The notes under the pieces are model-generated. The model saw only the letters and a list, made by a program, of their open reading frames with translations, had not been told where the DNA came from and ran no database searches. The translations under genes were made by a program, and so were the position numbers. This document shows, piece after piece, positions 20,971 through 31,167 of a stretch of DNA of 37,309 nucleotides. The stretch is from Candidatus Nealsonbacteria bacterium CG23_combo_of_CG06-09_8_20_14_all_40_13 (GTDB lineage Bacteria > Patescibacteriota > UBA1384 > UBA12157_A > GCA-002773005): the NCBI GenBank assembly GCA_002771215.1, contig PCRM01000039.1:1-37309 (forward strand). Reading direction: 5' to 3'. The first letter of the stretch is position 1, and every line of letters starts with the position of its first letter.

Positions 20971-22111
20971 TTTTCGCTAGCCCTTCAAAAACTTTCAAAG
21001 TTTCTTGAGCGGTTTTAGCCCAAGAAAATTTTTTAGCTTGATATAGCCCCTTTTGCGCAAGTGAGGTCTGTAATTGTTTGTTGCCAATTGTCTCAGTGAT
21101 GGTTTTGGCCCAAACGGCAATATCTTCGGGCGGCAAAAGAATGCCGGCCTGGCCAACCACTTCGGGTAAAGAAGAAGTATTGGAGCAAATAACCGGCACA
21201 CCGGCCGCCATTGCTTCCAGCGGCGGCAGGCCAAAACCCTCATATAGCGACGGAAAGACAAAAATTTCTGCCAAGTTATAAATTACAGGTAAATCTTTAT
21301 CGTCAACATAGTCAAGAAAAATAACTTCATTTTTTAACTTAGCGGCGGCCTCAAAAATTCCTTGATAATTCCAACCTTTTTGGCCGGCGACGACAAGATG
21401 ATAGTCCTTTTGCAATTTTGCCGGCAGTTGCAAAAAGGTCTTAAACAACATTGGTAAATTTTTGCGCGGCGACAGTGTCCCGACAGTCAAAATAAATTTT
21501 GCCGGCAAGTTGTATTTTTGAGAAATTTGCCGGCGCAATTTTTCATCTTTAATTGGCCGGAAATGAGCATCTGCGGCCAAGTGGGTCACCACAATTTTCT
21601 GTTTAGGTACGTTTAAAATCTTGATTAAATCTTTTTTGGTATGCTCGCTGATGACGATGATTTTGGCCGCTTTTTGGCAGGCGCTTTTGGTTTTCGCCCT
21701 GGCAAAAGCGCTTTGTTTGCCCCCTAAATGCGAAGGAAATTTAAAATAGGTCAAATCATAAATTGTTAAAACCTGCGGCTTTTTGCCCGCCCGTCCTAAA
21801 TCAATAAAAGTCGGCGTAAAAATTACATCTTGTTTACCGCAAAATAAATCTGGAAAAGGCATAATTTTTTGATTCAAAAGAAATTCTTTCAGCCGGCCGG
21901 GCATTTTGATAATTTTAGTTTGCCAATTTAAAGCTTTGAATTGTTCAATTTTTCTCTTTTTTGTCCCATCTGGATCTTTGGCAAAAATAAAATACAGCAA
22001 ATATTGATTTTTATGGTCAATTTTGGCCAGATTTTGAATTAAATTGTTTAAATATTTTGCGATGCCGGCTTTTTCGTTAACTGTTCGCGAAGCGTCAATG
22101 GCAATTTTCAT
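20963..22111 (-). CDS. Glycosyltransferase family 4
   Basis: [33 protein letters not shown]. Confidence 0.92.
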   Translation of the reverse strand: MKIAIDASRTVNEKAGIAKYLNNLIQNLAKIDHKNQYLLYFIFAKDPDGTKKRKIEQFKALNWQTKIIKMPGRLKEFLLNQKIMPFPDLFCGKQDVIFTPTFIDLGRAGKKPQVLTIYDLTYFKFPSHLGGKQSAFARAKTKSACQKAAKIIVISEHTKKDLIKILNVPKQKIVVTHLAADAHFRPIKDEKLRRQISQKYNLPAKFILTVGTLSPRKNLPMLFKTFLQLPAKLQKDYHLVVAGQKGWNYQGIFEAAAKLKNEVIFLDYVDDKDLPVIYNLAEIFVFPSLYEGFGLPPLEAMAAGVPVICSNTSSLPEVVGQAGILLPPEDIAVWAKTITETIGNKQLQTSLAQKGLYQAKKFSWAKTAQETLKVFEGLAKNG

Positions 22112-23187
22112 TTTGCACCCTGATAAATCTTTTCATAAATTGAAATTGTTTTTAAAGCCGTCTTTTGCCAGGAAAATTTCCGCGCCTGCTGCAGCCCTTT
22201 TTGACGATAAAAAGAAGCGATATTTTCTTTACTTAAAATTTCGCCAATAGCTTTAATCCACAAACTAGCGTCATTAAGCGGCAAAAGGATGCCGCCCTCG
22301 CCAATGACCTCGGGCATTGATGAAGTATCGGAAGAAACAACCGGGCAGCCACAAGCCATCGCTTCTAAAGGCGGCAGGCCAAAACCCTCATACAACGAGG
22401 GAAAAACAAAAACGCTGGCTCCCGCGTATAAATAAGGCAGGTCTTCGTCCTGAACGTAGCCGGTAAAAATAACTTTTTGGTCCAAATTTAATTTTTGAAC
22501 TAAATTAAACAAACCCTTATAATACCAGCCTTTTTTGCCGGTGATGACCAAATGAAAGTTGGGATTTGAACTCACAACTTTGGAAAAAACCTTCACTAAA
22601 AATTCTAAATTTTTGCGGGGTTCTAAGGTGCCCACGTGCAGCAGATACGGCTGGGTAATTTTGTAACGACGAAGGGCTTTTTCAATATCTTTCTTTTCAT
22701 GGTTAGGATGAAATTTTTCCGACACGGCCAAATAGACAACTTCAATTTTATCCTCTGGTATTTTTAATATACCCATCAAATCTTTTTTAGTATTAACGCT
22801 GTCGGCAATAATCATATCCGCTTTGCGGTAGGAATAGGGCATCCATTTGGAAAAAAATAAACGCGAGGCGAGGGGTAAGTTTCGCGGGAAAAAAACTGCA
22901 ATTAAATCATGGCAAGTCACCACTTTTTTGCCTGAATAAAAAACCGGCGTGGAAAAACAAGGTTGATGTAAAAGGTCAACTTTGGCCTTTTTGGCTAGGC
23001 GTGGCATTTGAAATTGATCCCAGACAAAACGGCGAGGCGTTGAGAGGTCGGCAATATCTTTAGGTTTTAGCAAAATATATTCGTTTTTTGGGTCATATTT
23101 TTTAAGATTTGAAACTAAATTTTCAACATAAAAACCAAACCCTGTTTTTTGCCCTGCGGTAGTTTGTATATCAATGGCGATGCGCAT
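22108..23187 (-). CDS. Glycosyltransferase family 4
   Basis: [37 protein letters not shown] at 23190 is an alternative start. Confidence 0.92.
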   Translation of the reverse strand: MRIAIDIQTTAGQKTGFGFYVENLVSNLKKYDPKNEYILLKPKDIADLSTPRRFVWDQFQMPRLAKKAKVDLLHQPCFSTPVFYSGKKVVTCHDLIAVFFPRNLPLASRLFFSKWMPYSYRKADMIIADSVNTKKDLMGILKIPEDKIEVVYLAVSEKFHPNHEKKDIEKALRRYKITQPYLLHVGTLEPRKNLEFLVKVFSKVVSSNPNFHLVITGKKGWYYKGLFNLVQKLNLDQKVIFTGYVQDEDLPYLYAGASVFVFPSLYEGFGLPPLEAMACGCPVVSSDTSSMPEVIGEGGILLPLNDASLWIKAIGEILSKENIASFYRQKGLQQARKFSWQKTALKTISIYEKIYQGAK

Positions 23188-24650
23188 CACGCTCCTTTCG
23201 CTATTGATATAATTAATTCTTTAGAAATACCGCGGATTAAATACAAAGTTGTAAAATAAATAATTACAGCAGCCAAAAGCAAAACAAAAAGATTTAAAGA
23301 GGAAAAAAAGTATAAAAAAATGCCCATCACTGCAGAAGCGACAATAACCTTACCTAAAATTTTGATTTGCGGGGAAATTTTAATTAAGCTAAGAGCAACT
23401 TTGGCAGATAAAGTAGTAATTAAAATTTGGGTGGCGACGGAAACGATGGCAGCCGCCAAATAGCTGTAGTGAGGAATTAAAAATAAGTTAAGCCCAATGT
23501 TAAAAACGACGCAAACCACATTGGGCCAAATTAAATATCGCTGTTTGCCCATCGCGATAATTAAATAGCCGAACAGAGAAGAGATAAAGGAGATGCCTAC
23601 CGCGAAAAGCAAAATTTGCAAAGTTGAAGAGGTGGTAATTGTCTGGCCTAAAAATGAGATTTTAGAAGCTGCAGCAAAGTTTGAGCCAACCACGAAATTC
23701 ATAATTTTTTTAGCCAATAATACGCCAGCCACCACCAGCGGTAATGAAGTAATTACCATAAAATCAAATGATTTTTGAAAAGCCGATGGGAAACGTTCGT
23801 CGCCTTTAGCCGCATAATTAGACAGCACTGGAAAAGCGGCGCCCATAAACATTGAGGGTAGAGCCACTAAAATTTCTAAGATTTTGAAAGGCGCGCCGTA
23901 AATGCCGACATCGTCACTTGACTTGAAAACGGACAAAATAACAGAATCCATTTTAAAATAAATCATACCCAACACAATCAAAACGCCCATGGGCCAGGCA
24001 GCTGTAAAAATACTTTTCCAAATTTTTAAATCAAAAGCCGGACGAATTTTAACAAACTGTCTGGACAAAGTAAACGACACTATTAAGTTGATGAAACTGC
24101 CCAAGGAGTAACCGGCCAAAATAGCAATTAGACCGGCTTTAATGTGAATCAAATATAAAACCGAAGCCATAATTACCAGCCGACCAATAATGTCGGTTAA
24201 CACTGCCTTGTCAACGCGTAAATTCGCCTGAAAAACGCCAACTAAGGTTTGGTTTAAGGTTAGCCAGAGCATATTGGTGGCCGCAATGCCAATGCTGAAT
24301 TTGACCATCAGTGGGTAGGGGAAAACAAAACTGGTTAAAAAAGCCAATAGATAAATGCCGAGCGCCATGCAGGTTCTTAAAGTAAAAACATTGGACACTA
24401 CCTTGACCACTTCATTCTGCGGCCGGCCGGTAGTCATCTCCCGCATCACCACCCAAAAAAAACCAAAATCAGCCAAAGTCGAGAAAAATGCCACAAAGGC
24501 AAATGCTATGGTGTATTGACCATAGCCGGAAATTCCTAAATAACGGGTTAAATAGCCGATAATTACCAAAGAAATCAAAGTCGTAGTGATCTTGCCGACC
24601 GCTTGAATACTGGTATTAAACGCAACTTTTCTAGTCATCGAAACAGCCAT
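23187..24650 (-). CDS. wzx: Polysaccharide flippase (Wzx/MOP family)
   Basis: Many TM helices; RYLGISGYGQY, ADFG, DVGIYG; located in the GT cluster. Confidence 0.85.
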   Translation of the reverse strand: MAVSMTRKVAFNTSIQAVGKITTTLISLVIIGYLTRYLGISGYGQYTIAFAFVAFFSTLADFGFFWVVMREMTTGRPQNEVVKVVSNVFTLRTCMALGIYLLAFLTSFVFPYPLMVKFSIGIAATNMLWLTLNQTLVGVFQANLRVDKAVLTDIIGRLVIMASVLYLIHIKAGLIAILAGYSLGSFINLIVSFTLSRQFVKIRPAFDLKIWKSIFTAAWPMGVLIVLGMIYFKMDSVILSVFKSSDDVGIYGAPFKILEILVALPSMFMGAAFPVLSNYAAKGDERFPSAFQKSFDFMVITSLPLVVAGVLLAKKIMNFVVGSNFAAASKISFLGQTITTSSTLQILLFAVGISFISSLFGYLIIAMGKQRYLIWPNVVCVVFNIGLNLFLIPHYSYLAAAIVSVATQILITTLSAKVALSLIKISPQIKILGKVIVASAVMGIFLYFFSSLNLFVLLLAAVIIYFTTLYLIRGISKELIISIAKGA

Positions 24651-24659
24651 TTTTAATCC

Positions 24660-25904
24660 TTAAAGTTTGGCTAATATTTTATAAAAATAGTATTTTGCCG
24701 CCAGCCAAAAAGGTCTTTTTTTATCTTGCGCTCGTTTTGGATAACGGCAAAATTCTAAAAGTGGTTTGGCCACATTTGGCCAATAAAATCTTGATTTTAT
24801 TTTTACAATATTTTTTTGACAGCTATTGTAAAACTTTTTATCTTGCAAAAGTTTTAAGATAGCGGTCGCCATTGCTCTGGCCTTTTCAAAATCAACGCTC
24901 AAGCCAATTTTTTCAGCTTCTACAAGGTTGGCGAAATAATCGCCTTTCGTTGTGACAATCGGTAGTTCCGCTTTTAAATAATCCAAATCTCTGGTGCGAA
25001 AAGCGTATTTTGTTTCTAAATTGTCAAAGTGGGCACAGATTCCCAAATAGGCGTTTTGGAAATAATTATCTCTTTCCTCATAAGCAATCCAGCCGGGTAA
25101 AAAATAGACAAAACGGTTGTAAAGTTGTAGCTTTTCGGCGAAAGTAATTGCTTTCTCTATCATATCCATCTTGGGTAGGGCGGGATTGGGATGTGTGCTA
25201 CTTAAGAAAATCAGTTTGGCATCTTTTCTCTGTTTGATGACTTCTGCCATGGCTTTAATTGGCGTGATGGGGTCAAGCCAGTCATAAATTCCGCCGCCCC
25301 ACAAAATGATTTTATCATTTTTGCCGATGCCTTTGATTTTATGGTAAATATTTTGCTTATTGTCTTTAATATTTTTTTGCAGACCGAAAGGAACGACACT
25401 GATTAAGTTTTGACCTCGCCCCATTTTGTCTAAATACATTTGCCACCAATCTCGCTGAATGTGACTGGCGCAAAGAAAGTAATCGCCGCTGGCCAACATG
25501 AGCTGCAGCTGGCTGGCAATTTGCGCAAGTTTGATTTTTCTTGTTAAAAGCGGAGTGTTTTTTAATCTTTCTTGCTGTTCAAAGATGATTGGGTCGTACA
25601 AATCAAAGATTAATATTTTGTGGTTGATTAAAGCGCTTTTGATCAATTTCAAAGATAAAATTGAAGCGACAACAATATCTGATTGCAAAATTTCTTTTTC
25701 TTGGTTGACGGCCGTCTTGCAACTAACCAGCTTGATCCCTTTGAGCTGAAAATTATCCTCCATTATAGGTGATGTTAGGGTAACTTGATAACCAGCACAA
25801 GCGGTTTCTTGCGCAAGATTTAAATAGCGAATACCTACTCCAGAAATTTTTCTGCCTAAAACATCATGACAGATAAATAAAATTTTATCGGCTTTATTTG
25901 CCAT
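24660..25904 (-). CDS. Glycosyltransferase (GT-B/GT4-like)
   Basis: SGVGIRY, DLYDP, LWGGGIYDWLDP, FRTRDLDY. ATG 25904 is preferred over TTG 25937. Confidence 0.8.
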   Translation of the reverse strand: MANKADKILFICHDVLGRKISGVGIRYLNLAQETACAGYQVTLTSPIMEDNFQLKGIKLVSCKTAVNQEKEILQSDIVVASILSLKLIKSALINHKILIFDLYDPIIFEQQERLKNTPLLTRKIKLAQIASQLQLMLASGDYFLCASHIQRDWWQMYLDKMGRGQNLISVVPFGLQKNIKDNKQNIYHKIKGIGKNDKIILWGGGIYDWLDPITPIKAMAEVIKQRKDAKLIFLSSTHPNPALPKMDMIEKAITFAEKLQLYNRFVYFLPGWIAYEERDNYFQNAYLGICAHFDNLETKYAFRTRDLDYLKAELPIVTTKGDYFANLVEAEKIGLSVDFEKARAMATAILKLLQDKKFYNSCQKNIVKIKSRFYWPNVAKPLLEFCRYPKRAQDKKRPFWLAAKYYFYKILAKL

Positions 25905-25957
25905 AACTGAAATCTCGTCTTCTAATCTTAGCACCAAATTGTAATTGCTTCAATAGA

Positions 25958-27505
25958 TTATTGAGCTGGCTTGTAAATTTTAACTTTTGGGAAACCAGAG
26001 ACACTTTGAAATTTATGATAATCAATCTCTGGCAGATTATCCCATGGCAAATCGGGATAAGGAATTTCAATTTCCTGGAAACTCTCTGGAATTTGTATCT
26101 CTGGCCAGTATTTTCTTTTAATAATCCAATCGGCGGTATAAGGACTGTGAGTCAGCTTAAAAACTGGGCTTTGCGGATTGGCAACTCTGTTGATAATCTT
26201 GGCGTCAGTGTAGAAAATAATTGATTCCTGCTCATAATTGGTTTCTAAAGTATCACCGGGCTGAATATTCTTCCTTAAAAATTTAACAATGCCGGATATT
26301 GGACCGATATAATTGTGGTTAATTTCATAAAGATAATCCTTTAGATATGATTGGGCGGCAATGGTTTTCTGTTTGCCGCCGGCACTTTTCAAAATCGGAT
26401 TTAAAATTCCCAGCCAGCCCAAGGAAAAAATATTGGTAAAAATGAAAACTATGGCCACCAAAAAGGCGATTGCCGGGCTTTTTTGCCACAGCCATGACAA
26501 AATTAAAGCAAAAATCGTGGCAAATAAAGGCACAACATAAGTGATGTAGCGAAGCGATAAATAAGCGTCAGAACGGGCCAAAATAAAAGACATAAAAATC
26601 CAGCTGACTAAAATTGGAAAAATTAGCAGTGAAACCTTCCTTTTTAATTTGCCCTTTCGTTTTTTATCCGGCCAGATAAAAAATAACAGCGGCAGCAATA
26701 TTAGCGGAAAAATATAATGAAATTGATTAAGGTACAAATAAATATTGCCTGCAACCATTTTCAAAGTCGGCTGCGCGTGCAAGCCGTTGTAGAAAAAGTA
26801 AAGCCAGGGCACGGTAAAAATTAGAAAAAATAAAGCGGCTATTATTAATTTTTTTAATCTTTCTTTGGAAAAATCATAAAGCAAAAAGAATAAGATTAAA
26901 CTCAAAAACAAGGCACCGGCGGCATAAAAATTACTGTGAAAAAGTAAGATAGAAAATAAAGCCAGAGCAAAGATTCCTTTTTTTTCTTTAATAATTTTAT
27001 CATAAAAATAGAGCACCAACAGGCCAAAAAGCGCGGCTAAAATGTAATATCGGCCCTGACGCGAGTAGAGCAAAAAAGGAACGGAAAGTGAAAGTAACAG
27101 CGAGGATAAAAGCGCCAAGCTTGAGTTTTGAAAAAGTCGTTTAACTAGTAGGTATAAGACAAAAATTGATAACACAGCGGCAAGAGCAAAAGGCAGACGG
27201 GCAGTGAAATTGTTGACACCAAAAATTTTAAAAGAACCGGCGGTAAGATAATCCTGCAACCAAGGGTGCCAGGCCCAAAAATAGGCATTGCCAATTTGCA
27301 CGGTTTCGCTGCCGTTTTGCTGGGTGATTAAATTTTTACCATCCCAGGGCGAAGGATAGCCGTATTTTAAAATATTTCTAGCAATTACAGCCGTCTCTGC
27401 CTCATCATTCCAAAGCATTTGCTGCCCTAAATTTTTAAAGATTAAAAAACTGGCAATGGCCAAAATTACAATTAAAATTAGAATCTCAATTTTGTTTTTC
27501 TTCAT
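25958..27505 (-). CDS. GT-C membrane glycosyltransferase (ArnT/PMT, GT39/83-like)
   Basis: LWNDEAET loop after the first TM, HPWL, ARLPFAL, SRQGRYY; many TMs. Confidence 0.8.
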   Translation of the reverse strand: MKKNKIEILILIVILAIASFLIFKNLGQQMLWNDEAETAVIARNILKYGYPSPWDGKNLITQQNGSETVQIGNAYFWAWHPWLQDYLTAGSFKIFGVNNFTARLPFALAAVLSIFVLYLLVKRLFQNSSLALLSSLLLSLSVPFLLYSRQGRYYILAALFGLLVLYFYDKIIKEKKGIFALALFSILLFHSNFYAAGALFLSLILFFLLYDFSKERLKKLIIAALFFLIFTVPWLYFFYNGLHAQPTLKMVAGNIYLYLNQFHYIFPLILLPLLFFIWPDKKRKGKLKRKVSLLIFPILVSWIFMSFILARSDAYLSLRYITYVVPLFATIFALILSWLWQKSPAIAFLVAIVFIFTNIFSLGWLGILNPILKSAGGKQKTIAAQSYLKDYLYEINHNYIGPISGIVKFLRKNIQPGDTLETNYEQESIIFYTDAKIINRVANPQSPVFKLTHSPYTADWIIKRKYWPEIQIPESFQEIEIPYPDLPWDNLPEIDYHKFQSVSGFPKVKIYKPAQ

Positions 27506-28931
27506 GATATTCTAAATCGGCGTTGATTTGTTCAAGATCGTAAATTCTTTTACCCAAAATGATATTTTTCGCCGCCCACAGTCCTCCTAAAATTGAGTGA
27601 TCCATATTATTATATTTATAGGTTCCATAGCGGCCTACAAGCTGGAGGTTTTCAAATCGCGAAAGATATTCTTGAATGATTTTCAACGGCTTTTGGTAGC
27701 CGATTTTATAAACCGGGTAGGCCTTACTTGTTCTGACGACGAAAGCATCAACTACATCTTCTATTGTAATAAAATTCATAACTTCTGTCAGGTCTTTCAT
27801 CACCAATTTAATTAATTGGCTATCGTTTTTGCGCCAAACTTCATCATTTTCCTGGCACCACAATTCACAAACAAGCGAGCTTTGATTTTGATTTGCCACC
27901 ATATATTTACTCCAATTTTTGGGCTCATGCAGTCGGCCCAACCCTGCGGCCGAGTCGTGGATATAGACCCAAGTATCGGATGTAATTTGCGGCCGGTCAA
28001 TAATAATATGAACTGTGATTAGCGCGCGATAGGTCAATTTTTTTGAGGCATCAATTATTGCTTGCGGCGCGGCAGAAGTGAGAATTCGTATCAATTGGGT
28101 GAGAGGGATAGAGGAAATAAACTGGTCTGCGGCAATTTCGCGCGTCTTTATTGCGCCGCCTGTTTTTTCTTCAACTATTACACTTATAATCTTGCCATTT
28201 TTATGATTTACCTGTTTGACGGTCGTCATTAAAGCAATCTGGTTATTATGCTTTTTGATTTCTTCCGCTAATCTTTCGCAAATTCTACCAATCCCAAATT
28301 TTGGATATAAAAATTTATCAATTAAAGTTTTGGGCTTGCTTTTGGCTGGTATTAGCGCATTTCTGATGGCGCTGCTTAAAGATAATCCTTTGATTCTTTG
28401 GGCTGCCCACTGTGCGCCAATTTGCCGACAGGGAATGCCCCAAAGTTTTTCCGTGTAAGTTTTAAAAAAATAGCTGTATAAAACATAACCGAAATTAGCA
28501 ATAGTCCAATCTTCAAAAGTTTTCAGCGGTTTAGGATTGAGGCGATATTTAATTCTGACCAAAAGATATGACAAGACTACTTTGGTGCTTTTCCAAAAAC
28601 CCAAACCTTTCAGGACATTGCTAATTTTTATCGGATAGTCAAAATATCTGCCGTCAAAAAAAATTCGTGAGGTGCGATAGACCTCTATTAGCTGTCTACC
28701 CAGAAGTTTTTTAACAAGTTTGTCGAGTTCGTCAATTTTAGTAAACCAACGATGACCGCCTAAATCAAAACGAAAACCATTTTTCACAATGGTTTTAGAA
28801 ATGCCGCCGACTTGATTTTGGGCTTCAAAAACTTTAACTTTGATATCATTTTTAGACAATTGATAAGCCGCCGACAAACCAGCGGGACCTGCCCCCATCA
28901 CCACAACATTTTTACATGGTTTGTTTTTCAT
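27486..28931 (-). CDS. FAD-dependent oxidoreductase (protoporphyrinogen oxidase/UDP-galactopyranose mutase-like)
   Basis: GAGPAGL, VGG, FDLGGHRWF, YTEKLWG, GRYGTYKYNNMDHS. Confidence 0.8.
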   Translation of the reverse strand: MKNKPCKNVVVMGAGPAGLSAAYQLSKNDIKVKVFEAQNQVGGISKTIVKNGFRFDLGGHRWFTKIDELDKLVKKLLGRQLIEVYRTSRIFFDGRYFDYPIKISNVLKGLGFWKSTKVVLSYLLVRIKYRLNPKPLKTFEDWTIANFGYVLYSYFFKTYTEKLWGIPCRQIGAQWAAQRIKGLSLSSAIRNALIPAKSKPKTLIDKFLYPKFGIGRICERLAEEIKKHNNQIALMTTVKQVNHKNGKIISVIVEEKTGGAIKTREIAADQFISSIPLTQLIRILTSAAPQAIIDASKKLTYRALITVHIIIDRPQITSDTWVYIHDSAAGLGRLHEPKNWSKYMVANQNQSSLVCELWCQENDEVWRKNDSQLIKLVMKDLTEVMNFITIEDVVDAFVVRTSKAYPVYKIGYQKPLKIIQEYLSRFENLQLVGRYGTYKYNNMDHSILGGLWAAKNIILGKRIYDLEQINADLEYHEEKQN

Positions 28932-28933
28932 CT

Positions 28934-29293
28934 TCAACTTCTAAAAACGAAATAGACGCCTGCAATAATTAGAACAACGCCTGCTATCCTTACCGGTGAG
29001 ATAGTTTCATGTAAAAAGGCCCAAGACAAAAATAAAATTAAAATATAGCCCAAAGAGAGCAAGGGATAAGCGATAGATAAATCAACTTTGGACAAAATCA
29101 TCACCCAAAGGACAGACGACAAAACATAAAGAAACAAGCCAAGCAAAATCATTGGCGCGGTAAAGGCCTTGTATAAAAAAGTGGCAATTGGCATATTACT
29201 GTAAGAACCAATGTGGTTAATCGCTTGTTTTATCAGAAATTGACCAGCAACACCCAAGGGAATGTTGATTAAAATTAGTAAAAGACTAGACAT
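28934..29293 (-). CDS. EamA/SMR-like small transporter (ArnE/F-like flippase subunit)
   Basis: 4 TMs; GQFLIK, DLSIAYPL, LHETIS..GVVLI. Confidence 0.8.
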   Translation of the reverse strand: MSSLLLILINIPLGVAGQFLIKQAINHIGSYSNMPIATFLYKAFTAPMILLGLFLYVLSSVLWVMILSKVDLSIAYPLLSLGYILILFLSWAFLHETISPVRIAGVVLIIAGVYFVFRS

Positions 29294-30137
29294 TGTTCTC
29301 CTTCATATAATCCTTTAAAGCGCTTTGCCAAGAACGTGGTTTTATTTTAAACGTTTTTTGAAATTTATGCGTATTTAAAACAGTATAATTTGGCCGAGGC
29401 GCGCCGCCGGGCTTAATTTTAGACCATTGCTGAGTTGTTATCGGGATAATTTTGACGTTATTTTTATTTTTTAATTTTAAAATCTTTTGGGCAAACTGGA
29501 ACCAAGAACAAGAACCTGAATTTGTAAAATGATAAAGTCCATATTTTTGTGTCAAAATAAGCTTGGATAGACCCCTGGCTAAATCCAAAGTGTAAGTTGG
29601 GCTACCAAACTGATCGGAAACTACATTAATCTCTTTTTTGGTTTTTGTTAAATTTAAAATGGTTTTGGGAAAATTCTTGCCTTCGCCGTAAAGCCAGGCA
29701 GTGCGGACAATGAAAAATTTTTTCAATATTTTTTGCACTTGCCTTTCGCCGGCTAATTTTGATTGGCCATAGATACCCAAAGGATTGGTTTTGCCTGCCT
29801 CAGAATAAGGCGTTTTCTTTCTGCCGTCGAAGACGTAATCAGTAGAAATATAAACCATCGCCGCGCTAATTTTTTTGGCTGCTGCCGCCACATTGGCCGC
29901 GCCGCCGCGGTTAACTTTGAAAGCCAATTTTTGATTCAACTCTGAACCATCAACATCGGTGTAGGCAGCGCAGTGAATAATAACTTGAGGGGAAATTTTT
30001 AAAATTTTTTTTAAAACCTCTTTTTTATCGGTAATATCCATCTGTTCTTTGTCAACAAAAAAAGAATCCTTTTCTGGTAAAACTTTTTTTAAAGCCCGGC
30101 CTAATTGTCCATTGCCGCCGGTAACTAATACTCGCAT
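29286..30137 (-). CDS. rmlD: dTDP-4-dehydrorhamnose reductase
   Basis: TGGNGQLG, CAAYTDVD, STDYVFDG, YGQSK, DQFGSPT. ATG 30137 follows AAGGAG. Confidence 0.95.
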   Translation of the reverse strand: MRVLVTGGNGQLGRALKKVLPEKDSFFVDKEQMDITDKKEVLKKILKISPQVIIHCAAYTDVDGSELNQKLAFKVNRGGAANVAAAAKKISAAMVYISTDYVFDGRKKTPYSEAGKTNPLGIYGQSKLAGERQVQKILKKFFIVRTAWLYGEGKNFPKTILNLTKTKKEINVVSDQFGSPTYTLDLARGLSKLILTQKYGLYHFTNSGSCSWFQFAQKILKLKNKNNVKIIPITTQQWSKIKPGGAPRPNYTVLNTHKFQKTFKIKPRSWQSALKDYMKENNV

Positions 30138-30490
30138 TTTTAAACTCCTTTTCAAACATACTCCTTATAAATCTGGCTGGCAAGACTGCGACTCAGTTTG
30201 TAGCTATTGCAATGTTGCAATAGTCCTAAGTAAGAGGACAGATTTTTTCGGTTGGCTCTTTTGAACATTCTTCTTTTAGTTTTGGTTCTCAAGAGCCGAT
30301 AGTGGGGCAAAACTACATAACTCAAGAAATCAATTCCTTGTTTTAATTTTCGAATAATAATTTTATTAGGATGTACTTTAAGTTTTAACTTGTTGTTCAA
30401 AAAATGCTCTATAACCTCGATTAAAGATTTTAATTTCTCCAAATCACTGCCTAAAACCACAAAATCATCGCAATAGCACAGGTAATATTT

Positions 30491-30520
30491 TGCGCCAGAG
30501 GCGCATCCGCCTTTGGCGGA
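30491..30520. repeat. Two tandem 15-bp hairpins inserted in frame in the RT
   Basis: TGCGCC-AGA-GGCGCA plus TCCGCC-TTT-GGCGGA; encodes SAKGGCASGA. Confidence 0.8.
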
Positions 30521-30618
30521 AATTTTCAGGTTGTGCTTAATAAATTTATCAAGTACATCAAGATAAATGTTGGCAAAAAGCTGGGAAGTTAAATTGCCGA
30601 TTGGGATACCCCTATTAA

Positions 30619-30634
30619 CTCTCTCTCTCTCTCT
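30619..30634 (-). repeat. (AG)8 microsatellite at the RT frameshift
   Basis: (CT)8 on the + strand; translated as ERERE. Confidence 0.95.
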
Positions 30635-31167
30635 GGATTTCCAAAGCTCAAAATAATATTCCAAAGCAAATCCAGAGTATCTTTTTCGAAAACTTTTTTC
30701 TTAATCAGCTCAAACAAAATATGATGATCAACTGAATTAAAAAACTTCTTGATATCGCACTTTAACGCCCAACATTCGCCAATATAATTTTTCGATACCT
30801 TTCGAGTAAAACTTTCCAACCTATCAACCGCCTTATGTGTTCCCTTTTTATTCCAACAAGAATAAGAATCATAAATAAACCCTTTATCAAATATCGGATA
30901 CAAAACTCTGTAAATTGCGTGGTGAACAATTCTATCCTTGACACAGGCCTTGTGAATATTTCTTACTTTTGGGTCAGTAATAAAAAATGAGGTATAATTT
31001 GAATGTCGGTAAGTTCTGTTTTTTAGTTCAAAATGCAAACTAAACAGATTATCTTCTAAATTCCGCTCAAAAATTTGGACATCTGATTTTTTACATTTAC
31101 CCTTGCGAAATTCCTGCCAACTGGCAAATAAATTTTCTAAACTAATAATTTTACAAAAAAGATTATT

